A DNA stretch of 64,000 nt from IMG/VR virus record IMGVR_UViG_3300037245_003639. One strand, given 5' to 3'. Positions 15,662 through 24,682 of the stretch are shown here, one piece after another. How positions within the stretch are numbered: the stretch's first letter is position 1; every line of letters begins with the position of its first letter. A model generated the notes under the pieces. That model did no database searches and was not told where the DNA came from. It was given only the letters and a program-made list of their open reading frames with translations. Origin of the DNA: a virus. The translations under genes were made by a program, and so were the position numbers.

Positions 15662-16501
15662 TTGAATACTCTTTGTATGAAAGTCTGTCCAAATATTTTC
15701 GCGGAAGTGACCTATTCTAAGCAGTCGCTGATATCCAGGAAGTTCCCCCAGGATTTCGTTGGTCACATAATCAACGGGGAATGTACCGAAGTGATGGTTT
15801 CTATGCCGCCCGAGGCAGTGGATCTTGTGGTTACATCGCCTCCTTATTTTGTAAACAAGAGCTATGAAAACACTTGGACATTCGACCAATATTGTACTCT
15901 AATGCAACATGTTTTTGTTCAGTGTTTCATAATGCTCAAACCTGGCGGTTATCTCGTTATCAACTTCGGCGACTATTTCAACAAAGATAGGTTCTATGAT
16001 TGTGACGTGCCCAGCGTCTACCCCGCTACAATTAATTTCTTTGACTGGGGCCGGGATGCTGGGTTTGATTTGCAGGCTACTCGTATCTGGCGTAAACAGT
16101 TCTCACGAATGAGCATCCCATTCGTTTGCAATCATCATCCCCGTCCCGTCTTTGACTACGAACATATCTGGACCTTTCGCAAACCCGACGGGACTGGCAA
16201 AGAGTTTGTCAATGACCGCAAACTCTCTCAAAGAGGAGTCCTTGGAGATGGTTGGAGTTCTTCTGCTCAATTAGCCAACCATGAAGCAGCATTTCCGCTT
16301 GAATTGCCTTTGTGGGCAATCGATGTCTATTCAAAAGAGAAAGATGATATTGTTCTTGATCCCTTCTGTGGAATTGGGACCACTCTGATAGCTGCTTCTG
16401 AGAGAGGCAGAAAGTTTATCGGGATTGATATTAGTGAAGAACACTGTAAAGCGGCCTTTCGACGTATGAGATATTCTGATACGGGTTGGAAGAGGAAATG
16501 A
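15662..16501 (+). CDS. DNA N6-adenine/N4-cytosine methyltransferase (beta class)
   Basis: SPPY catalytic motif IV near the N-terminus and DPFCGIGTT AdoMet-binding motif I near the C-terminus, the permuted order typical of the N6_N4_Mtase family. Confidence 0.8.
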   Translation: MNTLCMKVCPNIFAEVTYSKQSLISRKFPQDFVGHIINGECTEVMVSMPPEAVDLVVTSPPYFVNKSYENTWTFDQYCTLMQHVFVQCFIMLKPGGYLVINFGDYFNKDRFYDCDVPSVYPATINFFDWGRDAGFDLQATRIWRKQFSRMSIPFVCNHHPRPVFDYEHIWTFRKPDGTGKEFVNDRKLSQRGVLGDGWSSSAQLANHEAAFPLELPLWAIDVYSKEKDDIVLDPFCGIGTTLIAASERGRKFIGIDISEEHCKAAFRRMRYSDTGWKRK

Positions 16502-16507
16502 AAAAAA

Positions 16508-16801
16508 GTGAAATCCAAAGACACTTGGACGTTGGTTTACTCGTTGGAGGAAGAAGAGTTTCCTACTTTTCAAGCAGCCGCAGAACGGATGGTGAAAAGG
16601 GTGGATATCGATATCCAAAAAGGTATGGCCTTGCAGATTTTAGAAACTGCCATCTGGATTGAGCCAATGGGAGGTGACATGCCGCCCATTATGTTTTATA
16701 CTGTCCGCGACATTGCAGGAGAGTGTGGATGGACAGATGAATGGTTATCCCGAGAGAAACCGGATGATAGAGCCCGACTTAGTTCATCTCCGGTTGAATA
16801 G
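16508..16801 (+). CDS. hypothetical protein
   Basis: 97-aa ORF. Confidence 0.4.
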   Translation: MKSKDTWTLVYSLEEEEFPTFQAAAERMVKRVDIDIQKGMALQILETAIWIEPMGGDMPPIMFYTVRDIAGECGWTDEWLSREKPDDRARLSSSPVE

Positions 16802-16994
16802 GGAGAGAGAGTGCCTGAAAATGGAAGACGAGATACGCTATCCATACCTGCGACTCACTTGAACCAGAGCAGTCTCGTGGAATGGTGCGAGAATACTATC
16901 AAAGTGCTTGAAAAAGATTGTGGGCTAGAGAACTACTGGATAGAAATAAAAGTTCATAAATTGAAAAATGCTTTCAGGATCCCGAGGAAGACTA

Positions 16995-17381
16995 ATGAAG
17001 AAACCGCAACTTGAACTTTACGCTATCCGTACCAAAGATGGTAAATGGTTTCACCGCAAAGGTTATGGAGGTATGGGGGAATCCTGGGCGGATGATTTCG
17101 AGAAAGCCCGCATCTACAACAAAATTGGGCCTGCCCGAGCCGTTGTAACTTGGTTCGCCAAGAGATGGCCTGAATATGGTGTGCCAAATCTCGTCAGACT
17201 GGTCATCAGCAAAGCAGAATTAGTGGACGAGACTGAACGAGTCGAGAAACGCAACAAAAAAGAAGCAGCGTGGAAAGCCAAGACAAACGAACGTTATGCC
17301 AAAAAAGAGCTACAAAGGGCTCAACTGGCAGTCGAACAAGCTAAAACTAAACTAAACGAACTATCCGAGACAAAAACATGA
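16995..17381 (+). CDS. hypothetical protein
   Basis: Start trimmed to MKKPQLELY; Lys-rich C-terminal helix. Confidence 0.45.
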   Translation: MKKPQLELYAIRTKDGKWFHRKGYGGMGESWADDFEKARIYNKIGPARAVVTWFAKRWPEYGVPNLVRLVISKAELVDETERVEKRNKKEAAWKAKTNERYAKKELQRAQLAVEQAKTKLNELSETKT

Positions 17382-17824
17382 AACCAAAATTCTGCGGACG
17401 CTGTGGCAACCCTTCATACACAGGAGAGCACGGAAATCGGTGTCCCGCCTGTCAGTTTGTGGCTCCTTTACAATTGACTATGGATACCACTGATAAGTTT
17501 CTGAGAATTGAACGCGATGAGCCCGTATCTTTTCAACTTCTCGGCGATCCGAAGCCAGTTCAATGTCATCATGGAGAACACTCATGGCTGGCCTACGAAA
17601 TGACAGTTCTACATGATAACAAAGAGAAAACATTACGTTTGTGCAAAATGGCAATGCAACAGTTGGTCTTACTAATCAAAACCGGTCATCCAACAAATGG
17701 GCGATATCAAATCGCTCGTTCTGGTTATGGATTACAGACTAGTTACGAGATTATCGCTCTCGATAAGATTCAAACTCCGTCACAACCGTCTATATGGTCA
17801 AAACTATTTGCTTGGATGCACTGA
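17378..17824 (+). CDS. zinc-ribbon protein
   Basis: CGRCGN...CPAC at the N-terminus. Confidence 0.45.
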   Translation: MKPKFCGRCGNPSYTGEHGNRCPACQFVAPLQLTMDTTDKFLRIERDEPVSFQLLGDPKPVQCHHGEHSWLAYEMTVLHDNKEKTLRLCKMAMQQLVLLIKTGHPTNGRYQIARSGYGLQTSYEIIALDKIQTPSQPSIWSKLFAWMH

Positions 17825-18627
17825 TGAAAATATCAATAGCACAGATCAACTGTAAAGCTGGAGACCTGCCAGCTAATCGAGAGAAGATCTTACAATACAT
17901 CATTGTCGCGGCGGACCAGGAAAGCGATCTAATTGTCTTCCCTGAAATGGCTGATACCGGTTATAGCATGAACGATGCGTCTCTTGCTGAAGACTGGCAC
18001 GATGGTCATACTTTCATGCAAGACCTTCGACTTGCGGCTGATCACCATAATATCGCAATCATCTGTGGCCTGGCCGAACGAGAGCAAAAACAACTTTACA
18101 ACAGCGTGCTGGCTATCGATAAAGATGGTCGCTTGCTACAGAAATACCGCAAGACTCATCTATTCTCTCTTGCTGGTGAAGACGAAGTCCTGACGGCTGG
18201 TGATGAGTTCATAGTGACCGCCATCAACCAGTATCAAGCCAAAGAACCGATTGTTAGGGTCGGTCTGATGATTTGTTACGATGTCCGCTTTCCAGAAATG
18301 TGTCGAAAGCTGGTTGCTGAGAAATTTGCTGACATTTTAGTTGTTGTTGCTGCTTTTCCTTTCCCAAGACTTGAACATTGGAAGACTCTCACAGCATGTA
18401 GAGCTATGGAAAATCAGGTCTTCGTAGTTGCTGCAAATAGAGTGGGAACCGACAAGGATTTAACCTTTTGCGGAAGTAGTAGTATAATCGACCCGTTTGG
18501 AACTCGAATTGTGGCGGCATCTGAAACTCACGAAATTTTGTTGACGCAGGAGATTGATTTGAATCGTATTCAGGAAGCTCGCGCCAACATGAACCTCCTC
18601 CAAGACCGCCGCACAGATCTCTACTAA
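17824..18627 (+). CDS. carbon-nitrogen hydrolase (nitrilase superfamily; omega-amidase-like)
   Basis: Catalytic Glu-Lys-Cys triad contexts FPEM, YRKTHLF and GLMICYD. Confidence 0.8.
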   Translation: MKISIAQINCKAGDLPANREKILQYIIVAADQESDLIVFPEMADTGYSMNDASLAEDWHDGHTFMQDLRLAADHHNIAIICGLAEREQKQLYNSVLAIDKDGRLLQKYRKTHLFSLAGEDEVLTAGDEFIVTAINQYQAKEPIVRVGLMICYDVRFPEMCRKLVAEKFADILVVVAAFPFPRLEHWKTLTACRAMENQVFVVAANRVGTDKDLTFCGSSSIIDPFGTRIVAASETHEILLTQEIDLNRIQEARANMNLLQDRRTDLY

Positions 18628-18637
18628 AGGAGAATAA

Positions 18638-19813
18638 ATGCGTCAGGTATATCAAGCCTTCAACAACATCGGTCTGTCCAAAATTGTTGAAGTCAGTGAA
18701 GCAGCTCGAAATATTGCACCCGTTTATGAAGAAAAAACTGGCAAACCATTCATTTATTTTCAGCGCGGCGAAGTCGGTTTTGATGTTCCAGCCTACATTC
18801 AACACGCTCTAACGTTAGCTCTGACCAAGGGCCTTACTCGCTACCCGAAATCAGGGGGCGAACCCTGGTTCAAAAGCGCGGTCGTTGAACATCTGAAAGA
18901 AGATGGAATCGAAGGACTAAAGAATGAGAATGTCCTCTGCACCTACGGAGGTCAAGAAGGACTGGAACTCATTTTCTCTCTGTTTCGCGGATGTAAGGTA
19001 GCGGGTTTCACTCCTTGCTGGTCTTGCATGCTCGATAACATCTGGCCCTACGCCGATTCGACATTCATTCCAGTTCCACTTGTGGACTATCAGATCGATT
19101 TTGACAAAGTAGAAGCAGCCATGAAGCAAGCTCCCCTCTTCTACTTCAATACGCCGCACAATCCCACTGGCACAGTCTTCACTCAAGAAGAAATCGAACA
19201 TATAGTTTCTCTCGCGGATAATTATGATGTCCTTCTGATTTCTGACGAAGCTTATAAAGACATCATCTTTGAGGGAGAACATTTCAGCCCACTACGTCTG
19301 AATAGCCCCAATGTTTTCTCGACATTCACTTTCTCAAAATCCTACTGCGCCACAGGGCTTAGAACCGGATATTCAGTTTGTCGTGATACCAGCGTCATTG
19401 AAAAACTTGTCAGGGGAGAATACACACAAACAGCAGGCGTTGCTACTCCCTTGCAATACGCTTTCACCGAGGCTTTGAGGCAAACCGACGCCAGAGAAGA
19501 ATGGCTAACCTTCTATATGAAGGAACTCAGAGCCCGCAAGCAAGCCTTAGAAGAAAGCCTCATGGGACTAAAAATGTCAGTACCGCAGGGAGCCTTCTAT
19601 TGCTTTATTGATTTCAATGATTACATCCCAGTCAATGTAGACCCCGACAAATACCTGATGGATTTACTAATCGAAAACGGCATTGCAGCAGTTCCTGGTT
19701 CTGCTTTTGGCAAGGGCTATGAAGGTTTCATTCGCTTGTCATTTTCTACGTTAGACGCTACACTTGTGGAAGAAGGCGCTAAAAGATTACGGAGCGTGGT
19801 AACAAAGAACTAA
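18638..19813 (+). CDS. PLP-dependent aminotransferase, class I/II
   Basis: NTPHNPTGTV, LISDEAY and SFSKSY (PLP lysine) motifs. Confidence 0.8.
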   Translation: MRQVYQAFNNIGLSKIVEVSEAARNIAPVYEEKTGKPFIYFQRGEVGFDVPAYIQHALTLALTKGLTRYPKSGGEPWFKSAVVEHLKEDGIEGLKNENVLCTYGGQEGLELIFSLFRGCKVAGFTPCWSCMLDNIWPYADSTFIPVPLVDYQIDFDKVEAAMKQAPLFYFNTPHNPTGTVFTQEEIEHIVSLADNYDVLLISDEAYKDIIFEGEHFSPLRLNSPNVFSTFTFSKSYCATGLRTGYSVCRDTSVIEKLVRGEYTQTAGVATPLQYAFTEALRQTDAREEWLTFYMKELRARKQALEESLMGLKMSVPQGAFYCFIDFNDYIPVNVDPDKYLMDLLIENGIAAVPGSAFGKGYEGFIRLSFSTLDATLVEEGAKRLRSVVTKN

Positions 19814-19881
19814 GAAGCAATTATGAATATGACACTACGATTGGATAACGAGCGTTTGTGGCATAAACGAAAGGAACAGTT

Positions 19882-20400
19882 ATGGTTGATACGGCAGTTA
19901 TGATGAATGCATCGTTTGACAAACGTATGAATATGATTCGTCAGCGACTTGACAATTTTCAGAATGCGGGGTTAACATGTAAAGATGTAGACGATGATCA
20001 TTACTTTACTAATAAGGAGACTAACAAAGAGTGCCGCATTCGTCATAGTTTTTTAGAAAGCTATTTTAAGGATATGGATGTCCCCTTAGCCTTGAGATAT
20101 TTTTTGATTGACTTGCTTAGATGGGTGCCAGAAATTTCACCCGAACAGATTATCAAAGAAGTGCAAAGTATTAGCGATGTCAAAGGTCTCCCGGGAACAT
20201 ATTGTCGCAATAATTGGCAATGTGATTGTGGTAGCACAGTGTTTGAAATAACTGGGTCCGGAGCAAGAAATTCGTCTGGACGACCAATGTGTAACGATTG
20301 GCGTGATTACGAGTTTTGCAGTACATGTGGCCAAGTATGGAGTGATCAGTTAGTTCGTTTACACAGGACGGAAGAAAACCCCTATTTATTCGGAGTATAA
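19882..20400 (+). CDS. Cys-rich hypothetical protein
   Basis: 172-aa ORF. Confidence 0.45.
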   Translation: MVDTAVMMNASFDKRMNMIRQRLDNFQNAGLTCKDVDDDHYFTNKETNKECRIRHSFLESYFKDMDVPLALRYFLIDLLRWVPEISPEQIIKEVQSISDVKGLPGTYCRNNWQCDCGSTVFEITGSGARNSSGRPMCNDWRDYEFCSTCGQVWSDQLVRLHRTEENPYLFGV

Positions 20401-20498
20401 TGAAATCGCTTCCTGGCGCAGTTTAACTTTCGCGTGAAAGATGGGGCTGCCTTGGGTGCTCAGACCTTTTGGTCTAAGGCATTTGTTAGGAGAATATC

Positions 20499-20783
20499 AT
20501 GTCTGATTTACGTATCATTAGGGGATATCCAAAAAATGGCTGGAGCCAAGGTGTTACTTGGGCTATTGTCGAACGAGATGATGGTCACTATGTAATATCT
20601 CATTGGGCAGCATTATGGAAAGGCGGAACTGACCAACATGGGTGCTTTGCCACTGATGTTGATGCTGAACAATGGATCAGAGATCATGTCAAGCGTAAAG
20701 AAGAGGAATGCCTACGCAAAGAGCAGGAGAAGGATTTGAAAGAAGCCAAGAGGCTGACAGAGAAATGGGAGAACATCAAATGA
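20499..20783 (+). CDS. hypothetical protein
   Basis: 94-aa ORF with a good RBS context. Confidence 0.45.
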   Translation: MSDLRIIRGYPKNGWSQGVTWAIVERDDGHYVISHWAALWKGGTDQHGCFATDVDAEQWIRDHVKRKEEECLRKEQEKDLKEAKRLTEKWENIK

Positions 20784-21184
20784 TCAAAAATTTCATCGGA
20801 CCAGACCCAGAAAAAGACCCCTCCGCTGCGCCAGTTGCCGCAGCAGGTGTAGACCTCAGTGAGGCTGACCAGTATCGAATTGACTATGCTTATCCCGATC
20901 CCGGAAAGTATGAGTCACTCAAATGCGGTATCTGTGAAACCGAGATGAATGTCCGACGCAACCTCCATGGTCCGACCAGCTATGGAGCCGCCATGGCGAA
21001 AAAAGGACGAGATCACGACGCCTTCCGCTGCCCGCACATCGACGAGGATTGGCATATCCAAGCGAAGGCCCTACGCCGAGCGGCCAGAGAGACCCCAAGC
21101 GCGACTTTGGCTGGCGTGTTCCTGCAAGAAATGGCCCAGATATGTCAGACACGAGAGGCCACGAAAAAAGTTTCAAAGTTTTAG
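20780..21184 (+). CDS. hypothetical protein with zinc-binding Cys/His
   Basis: Start set at MIKNF; contains LKCGICE...CPH. Confidence 0.4.
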   Translation: MIKNFIGPDPEKDPSAAPVAAAGVDLSEADQYRIDYAYPDPGKYESLKCGICETEMNVRRNLHGPTSYGAAMAKKGRDHDAFRCPHIDEDWHIQAKALRRAARETPSATLAGVFLQEMAQICQTREATKKVSKF

Positions 21185-21193
21185 CAGGAATCG

Positions 21194-21217
21194 CTTGACA
21201 TCTGTCGTATAATGTCG
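21194..21217 (+). promoter_or_regulatory. compact promoter-like motif GCTTGACATCTGTCGTATAATG (copy 2)
   Basis: Near-identical to the motif at 10066. Confidence 0.45.
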
Positions 21218-21420
21218 TATCCTTCTTGAAGCTCCATGGTGGAGCCAGAGGACAGCAACGTGATTTCTATGACCCATACAACCAGACAGCCGCAGCCAGG
21301 GACAGAGCGTCCTGGTACGCGGATGCCACGCGGACAAGAACCCCGCGAAAGGCGCTGAGTTGTAAGGGTAATAGCCAATAGGATTTACAAGCCCTGCAAC
21401 TCAGCGAGTTGTAGGGCTTT
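21218..21420 (+). ncRNA. putative small RNA or tRNA-array leader (paralog B)
   Basis: ORF-free, ending in GCCCTGCAACTCAGCGAGTTGTAGGGCTTTTTTATTG; same architecture as 10092..10293. Confidence 0.35.
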
Positions 21421-21425
21421 TTTAT

Positions 21426-21496
21426 TGCCTCATGGTGTAGTGGTCGCACGACGGTCTTTGAAGCCGTTGGTCTTGGTTCGATTCCAAGTGGGGCAG
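21426..21496 (+). tRNA. tRNA-Gln(TTG)
   Basis: TGCCTCATGGTGTAGTGGTCGCAC ACGGT CTTTGAA GCCGT...CTTGGTTCGATTCCAAGTGGGGCAG. Confidence 0.6.
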
Positions 21497-21550
21497 TTTC
21501 ACCCGAAAGGGTGATTTCAACCCGTGATAAAACGGGCTGAAACAGTGAAA

Positions 21551-21625
21551 CAGGGCGTAGCTCAACCTGGTAGAGCGCCTGGCCTGGGACCAGGAGGTTT
21601 GGAGGTTCGAATCCTCTCGCCCTGA
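21551..21625 (+). tRNA. tRNA-Pro(TGG)
   Basis: CAGGGCGTAGCTCAACCTGGTAGAGC CCTGG CCTGGGA CCAGG...GGAGGTTCGAATCCTCTCGCCCTGA, with the C1-G72 pair typical of bacterial Pro. Confidence 0.7.
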
Positions 21626-21807
21626 TTGCAAAACGTGACCGACAAAGCGGTGAGCTTCGGCAAAACTCCGTGGGAGTCATCTTCGGATGGCAACTGAAAA
21701 TTCGCCTTGAGCGACGGTCATATGGCTCATCAGAGCAACAAGTTAATAGGGCTGGCAAGATGCCAGACAAAAACGAGTGCAACCGCGCCCTCCCGAGGGC
21801 GCGTCAT

Positions 21808-21878
21808 GCTCCTGTAGTTTAGTGGCAGAACGCTAGATTCTCAGTCTAGTAGCCGGGGTTCGACTCCCCGTAGGAGCG
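21808..21878 (+). tRNA. tRNA-Glu(CTC)
   Basis: GCTCCTGTAGTTTAGTGGCAGAAC CTAGA TTCTCAG TCTAG...CGGGGTTCGACTCCCCGTAGGAGCG. Confidence 0.7.
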
Positions 21879-21881
21879 TAT

Positions 21882-21955
21882 GCTGGTGTAGCTTCAATTG
21901 GTAGAGCGCCTCTTTTGTAAGGAGGATGTTGCGGGTTCAAGTCCTGTCGCCAGCT
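21882..21955 (+). tRNA. tRNA-Thr(TGT)
   Basis: GCTGGTGTAGCTTCAATTGGTAGAGC CCTCT TTTGTAA GGAGG...GCGGGTTCAAGTCCTGTCGCCAGCT. Confidence 0.7.
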
Positions 21956-21961
21956 TTCTTT

Positions 21962-22032
21962 TGCCCTGTGGTGTAATGGTAGCACGGCTGACTCTGGATC
22001 AGCCAGTGGGAGTTCAAATCTTCCTGGGGCAG
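21962..22032 (+). tRNA. tRNA-Gln(CTG)
   Basis: TGCCCTGTGGTGTAATGGTAGCAC GCTGA CTCTGGA TCAGC...GGAGTTCAAATCTTCCTGGGGCAG. Confidence 0.6.
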
Positions 22033-22038
22033 TTTTAT

Positions 22039-22111
22039 GCATCTGTAGCTTAATTGGTAAAGCATTGCGTTGCCAACGCAAAGACTGTGGGTTCGAGACC
22101 CATCGGATGCT
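22039..22111 (+). tRNA. tRNA-Gly(GCC)
   Basis: GCATCTGTAGCTTAATTGGTAAAGC TTGCG TTGCCAA CGCAA...GTGGGTTCGAGACCCATCGGATGCT. Confidence 0.75.
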
Positions 22112-22225
22112 TAGGATACCTCGATGAGTAGGTTAACATACTCTTGGGGATGCAAGCGGCTCCTTCCAGGGGTAGGGTCGGAATTAACAGCCGTAGTAAA
22201 AGCCTACAATCTACCCCACTTTTCT

Positions 22226-22297
22226 GCGGACGTAACTCAATGGTAGAGTATCAGCTTCCCAAGCTGAAAGTTGCGAGTTCAAATCTCGTCGTCCGCT
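22226..22297 (+). tRNA. tRNA-Gly(CCC)
   Basis: GCGGACGTAACTCAATGGTAGAGT TCAGC TTCCCAA GCTGA...GCGAGTTCAAATCTCGTCGTCCGCT. Confidence 0.75.
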
Positions 22298-22301
22298 TTA
22301 T

Positions 22302-22372
22302 GCGTCCTTGGTGTAACGGTAGCATAAGACCCTTCCAAGGTTTTGGCACGAGTTCGAATCTCGTAGGACGCT
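22302..22372 (+). tRNA. tRNA-Gly(TCC)
   Basis: GCGTCCTTGGTGTAACGGTAGCAT AGACC CTTCCAA GGTTT...CGAGTTCGAATCTCGTAGGACGCT. Confidence 0.7.
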
Positions 22373-22437
22373 TAGAAATACCTTTGACCATTCTGTCGTG
22401 TGAAGCTATAATGTAGATCCATAGAAGGAGATTCATT

Positions 22438-22665
22438 ATGGCTAACTCTCTGGGCCGTGACTTGAAAAGGGGAGACAAAATTGTCTTCCAGAACGGGCAA
22501 ATAGGCATTTGTGGCGGTCAGTGCTTCGGTAGTTTTTCTTTCACGTCAGGAACGGCTCTTGACGTAACAATCAATGGACATTCAGTAAAAGCGAACGGTT
22601 ATGACATCGATGCCGAAGCGACCGTAAAGAAATTTGCAAAAGATAACGAGTGGGAAGATACTTGA
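22438..22665 (+). CDS. hypothetical small protein
   Basis: 75 aa with RBS AGGAGATTCATTATG and an upstream GCTATAATG -10-like box. Confidence 0.45.
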   Translation: MANSLGRDLKRGDKIVFQNGQIGICGGQCFGSFSFTSGTALDVTINGHSVKANGYDIDAEATVKKFAKDNEWEDT

Positions 22666-22666
22666 T

Positions 22667-22739
22667 GCTAGCGTAGCTTTAACGGTAGAGCGCTGCTTTC
22701 GTAAAGCAGATGTTGCAGGTTCGATTCCTGTCGCTAGCC
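22667..22739 (+). tRNA. tRNA-Thr(CGT)
   Basis: GCTAGCGTAGCTTTAACGGTAGAGC CTGCT TTCGTAA AGCAG...GCAGGTTCGATTCCTGTCGCTAGCC. Confidence 0.75.
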
Positions 22740-22741
22740 TT

Positions 22742-22812
22742 GTGGCCGTGGTGTAACGGTAGCATAACTGGTTGTGAGCCAGTGGGCGGCGGTTCAAATC
22801 CGCTCGGTCACC
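22742..22812 (+). tRNA. tRNA-His(GTG)
   Basis: GTGGCCGTGGTGTAACGGTAGCAT ACTGG TTGTGAG CCAGT...GGCGGTTCAAATCCGCTCGGTCACC with C73; no encoded G-1. Confidence 0.65.
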
Positions 22813-22816
22813 CCAA

Positions 22817-22890
22817 CTGGGCGTAGGAAAATCTGGTATTCCGCAGCGTTCGGGACGCTGAGACTGTGGGTTCAAATCCCACCGCCCAGA
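22817..22890 (+). tRNA. tRNA-Pro(CGG)
   Basis: CTGGGCGTAGGAAAATCTGGTATTCC CAGCG TTCGGGA CGCTG...GTGGGTTCAAATCCCACCGCCCAGA. Confidence 0.7.
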
Positions 22891-22899
22891 TTCACAAAA

Positions 22900-22974
22900 C
22901 GGAGCGTAGCGAAGCCTGGTTATCGCGCATGCTCGGGGAGCATGAGACCGGCGGTTCGAATCCGCCCGCTCCGA
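22900..22974 (+). tRNA. tRNA-Pro(GGG)
   Basis: CGGAGCGTAGCGAAGCCTGGTTATCGC CATGC TCGGGGA GCATG...GGCGGTTCGAATCCGCCCGCTCCGA. Confidence 0.7.
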
Positions 22975-23020
22975 TTCATTTGGTGGTTCTTCTGAGTATA
23001 ATGTTCCGAGGAGAATTACC
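22975..23020 (+). promoter_or_regulatory. duplicated promoter/RBS block TTCTGAGTATAATGTTCCGAGGAGAATTACC
   Basis: Recurs almost identically at 23655..23696 upstream of the paralogous gene. Confidence 0.5.
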
Positions 23021-23620
23021 ATGATTATCGATCTTACAAACGTTCAAGGGACCATTCCGGATGCGCTGGAAGTTTTACTAAAGGACATGCTGGATGGCAA
23101 TGTTGCTATCGACAACGGCACTAGACTTATCGCTTTCAATCCACAATACGCATCGTTGGATGAAAGCGTTGATGGGCTTACTTGCGAAATTTCCGACGAA
23201 ACCAAGTCCATACATGAAGATCCCGAGCTAAAAAGAATCCTAGATTTGAGGTCAGAGGCTAATCGGATTGAACGCAAAAGAAAAGAGCGTCTGGGCCTGT
23301 TGCCTAGAGACCCATCCGGCGTTGTGGAAAAAGTTGATAGCAGCTTGCCATGGGACAGTGATAACATCAAATCAGCCGAGAAATCATTCTGTACAACCCA
23401 AATGGAAGGATATTCTCGTAAGAAAAATGGCAAGTATTTTCTTACAGGTGCTAAAATTCACCGTAAAAAAGATTTCCGTGAGGAGTTCATTGAGATTGAA
23501 CGTGATGTTGTCAATCGACAATCTCGCACGACAAGGGAATGGTTAAGAAAAAACGCTGTCAAAATAACCAAGCGTTGTTTCCGTCGCTCGCAACCTGGTC
23601 TGAAAACAAACGTAAACTAA
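23021..23620 (+). CDS. hypothetical protein (paralog 1)
   Basis: 199 aa; N-terminus MIIDLTNVQG and a YSRKKNGKYFLTGAKIH block are shared with the gene at 23697. Confidence 0.55.
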   Translation: MIIDLTNVQGTIPDALEVLLKDMLDGNVAIDNGTRLIAFNPQYASLDESVDGLTCEISDETKSIHEDPELKRILDLRSEANRIERKRKERLGLLPRDPSGVVEKVDSSLPWDSDNIKSAEKSFCTTQMEGYSRKKNGKYFLTGAKIHRKKDFREEFIEIERDVVNRQSRTTREWLRKNAVKITKRCFRRSQPGLKTNVN

Positions 23621-23696
23621 TCCACCTCACGCTTCACGGGATGGCTCGATTCATTTGGTAGTTCTTCTGAGTATAATGTTCCAGAGGAGAATTACC

Positions 23697-24566
23697 ATGA
23701 TTATCAACATCGACGAAATCGACATCAAAAACGCTTCTGTAGTAGAGAATTTGAAAAGACTTTTTGTTCGCAACCCCACGAGCATTCCATACGATGCCGA
23801 CTTCTCATCTTTGACCGAAGATGATGAAGTAGAAAGTTTCACTTGTCATCTGTTGCCATGGGATATAAAAGCCACTGAGGCCAGTCAAGATATCAATATG
23901 ATTCGTCAAGGCCCTGAAACTTTGGCGTGGCATGAGGATAAGAATTGGCCTGATTTCAGTGCATTAGGCACAGAAGTCAGAAAACTGGGTCTTGCAGTGA
24001 GATCATCAGGTGCTATTTGGCTTGACCCTTGTACTGAAGTCCATATTGTGCCAGAAAATCGAAACGTTCTCATTGACAAGATAAACCCTGATTTGTCTTG
24101 GACAGAACATAGCCCTGCGTGGGAATACAACTTCTGGGAGGCGAGACCCACTGGACGCATCACAGATCGTGACGATTACGCTCGCAAGCAGAATGGCGAA
24201 TACCACCTTAAAGGTGCAAAAACTCACAATGGCGACTTTTTCTGGAGAACGCTTGAGCAAGATAAAGAATATTGCTCAGAGGTTGAAAACAGAATAGAGA
24301 ACACCCCAGCACTTGAGGCTAAGCGGGCTAAACGAAGGGGCTCGAACTTCAGATGTCTAACATCTGGCAAACGTCTTCTTGCGACGAATCTTTTGCAGAA
24401 ATGGATTGATAACAACGAGGCACGAATTGTCGAGGAAATCGAAACAATCGAGAAAAGACAGAAAGAACCAGTCCCGCAAGAGACGATACAAGACAAAGGG
24501 AAGGTAATAGCCGAGGCTAAGATAATGGCCGAAGCTTTGGACCGTATTCTGAACAAACCATGTTGA
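23697..24566 (+). CDS. hypothetical protein (paralog 2)
   Basis: Start MIINIDEIDI after the duplicated promoter/RBS; contains YARKQNGEYHLKGAKTH. Confidence 0.55.
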   Translation: MIINIDEIDIKNASVVENLKRLFVRNPTSIPYDADFSSLTEDDEVESFTCHLLPWDIKATEASQDINMIRQGPETLAWHEDKNWPDFSALGTEVRKLGLAVRSSGAIWLDPCTEVHIVPENRNVLIDKINPDLSWTEHSPAWEYNFWEARPTGRITDRDDYARKQNGEYHLKGAKTHNGDFFWRTLEQDKEYCSEVENRIENTPALEAKRAKRRGSNFRCLTSGKRLLATNLLQKWIDNNEARIVEEIETIEKRQKEPVPQETIQDKGKVIAEAKIMAEALDRILNKPC

Positions 24567-24601
24567 CTACGCAGTCAACATGGCTCTTTTAGTAAACAAT
24601 G

Positions 24602-24674
24602 GTAGCCGTAGCTTAATTGGTAAAGCACCTGACTGTGGCTCAGGGGAGTACGGGTTCAAGTCCCGCCGGTTACC
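24602..24674 (+). tRNA. tRNA-His(GTG)-like, second copy
   Basis: GTAGCCGTAGCTTAATTGGTAAAGC CCTGA CTGTGGC TCAGG...ACGGGTTCAAGTCCCGCCGGTTACC. Confidence 0.5.
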
Positions 24675-24682
24675 CTTTATTT

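Noticed and set aside
22582-23022. 146-aa minus-strand ORF across the Thr/His/Pro tRNA cluster
   Set aside because: Fully antisense to four well-formed tRNAs; no RBS.
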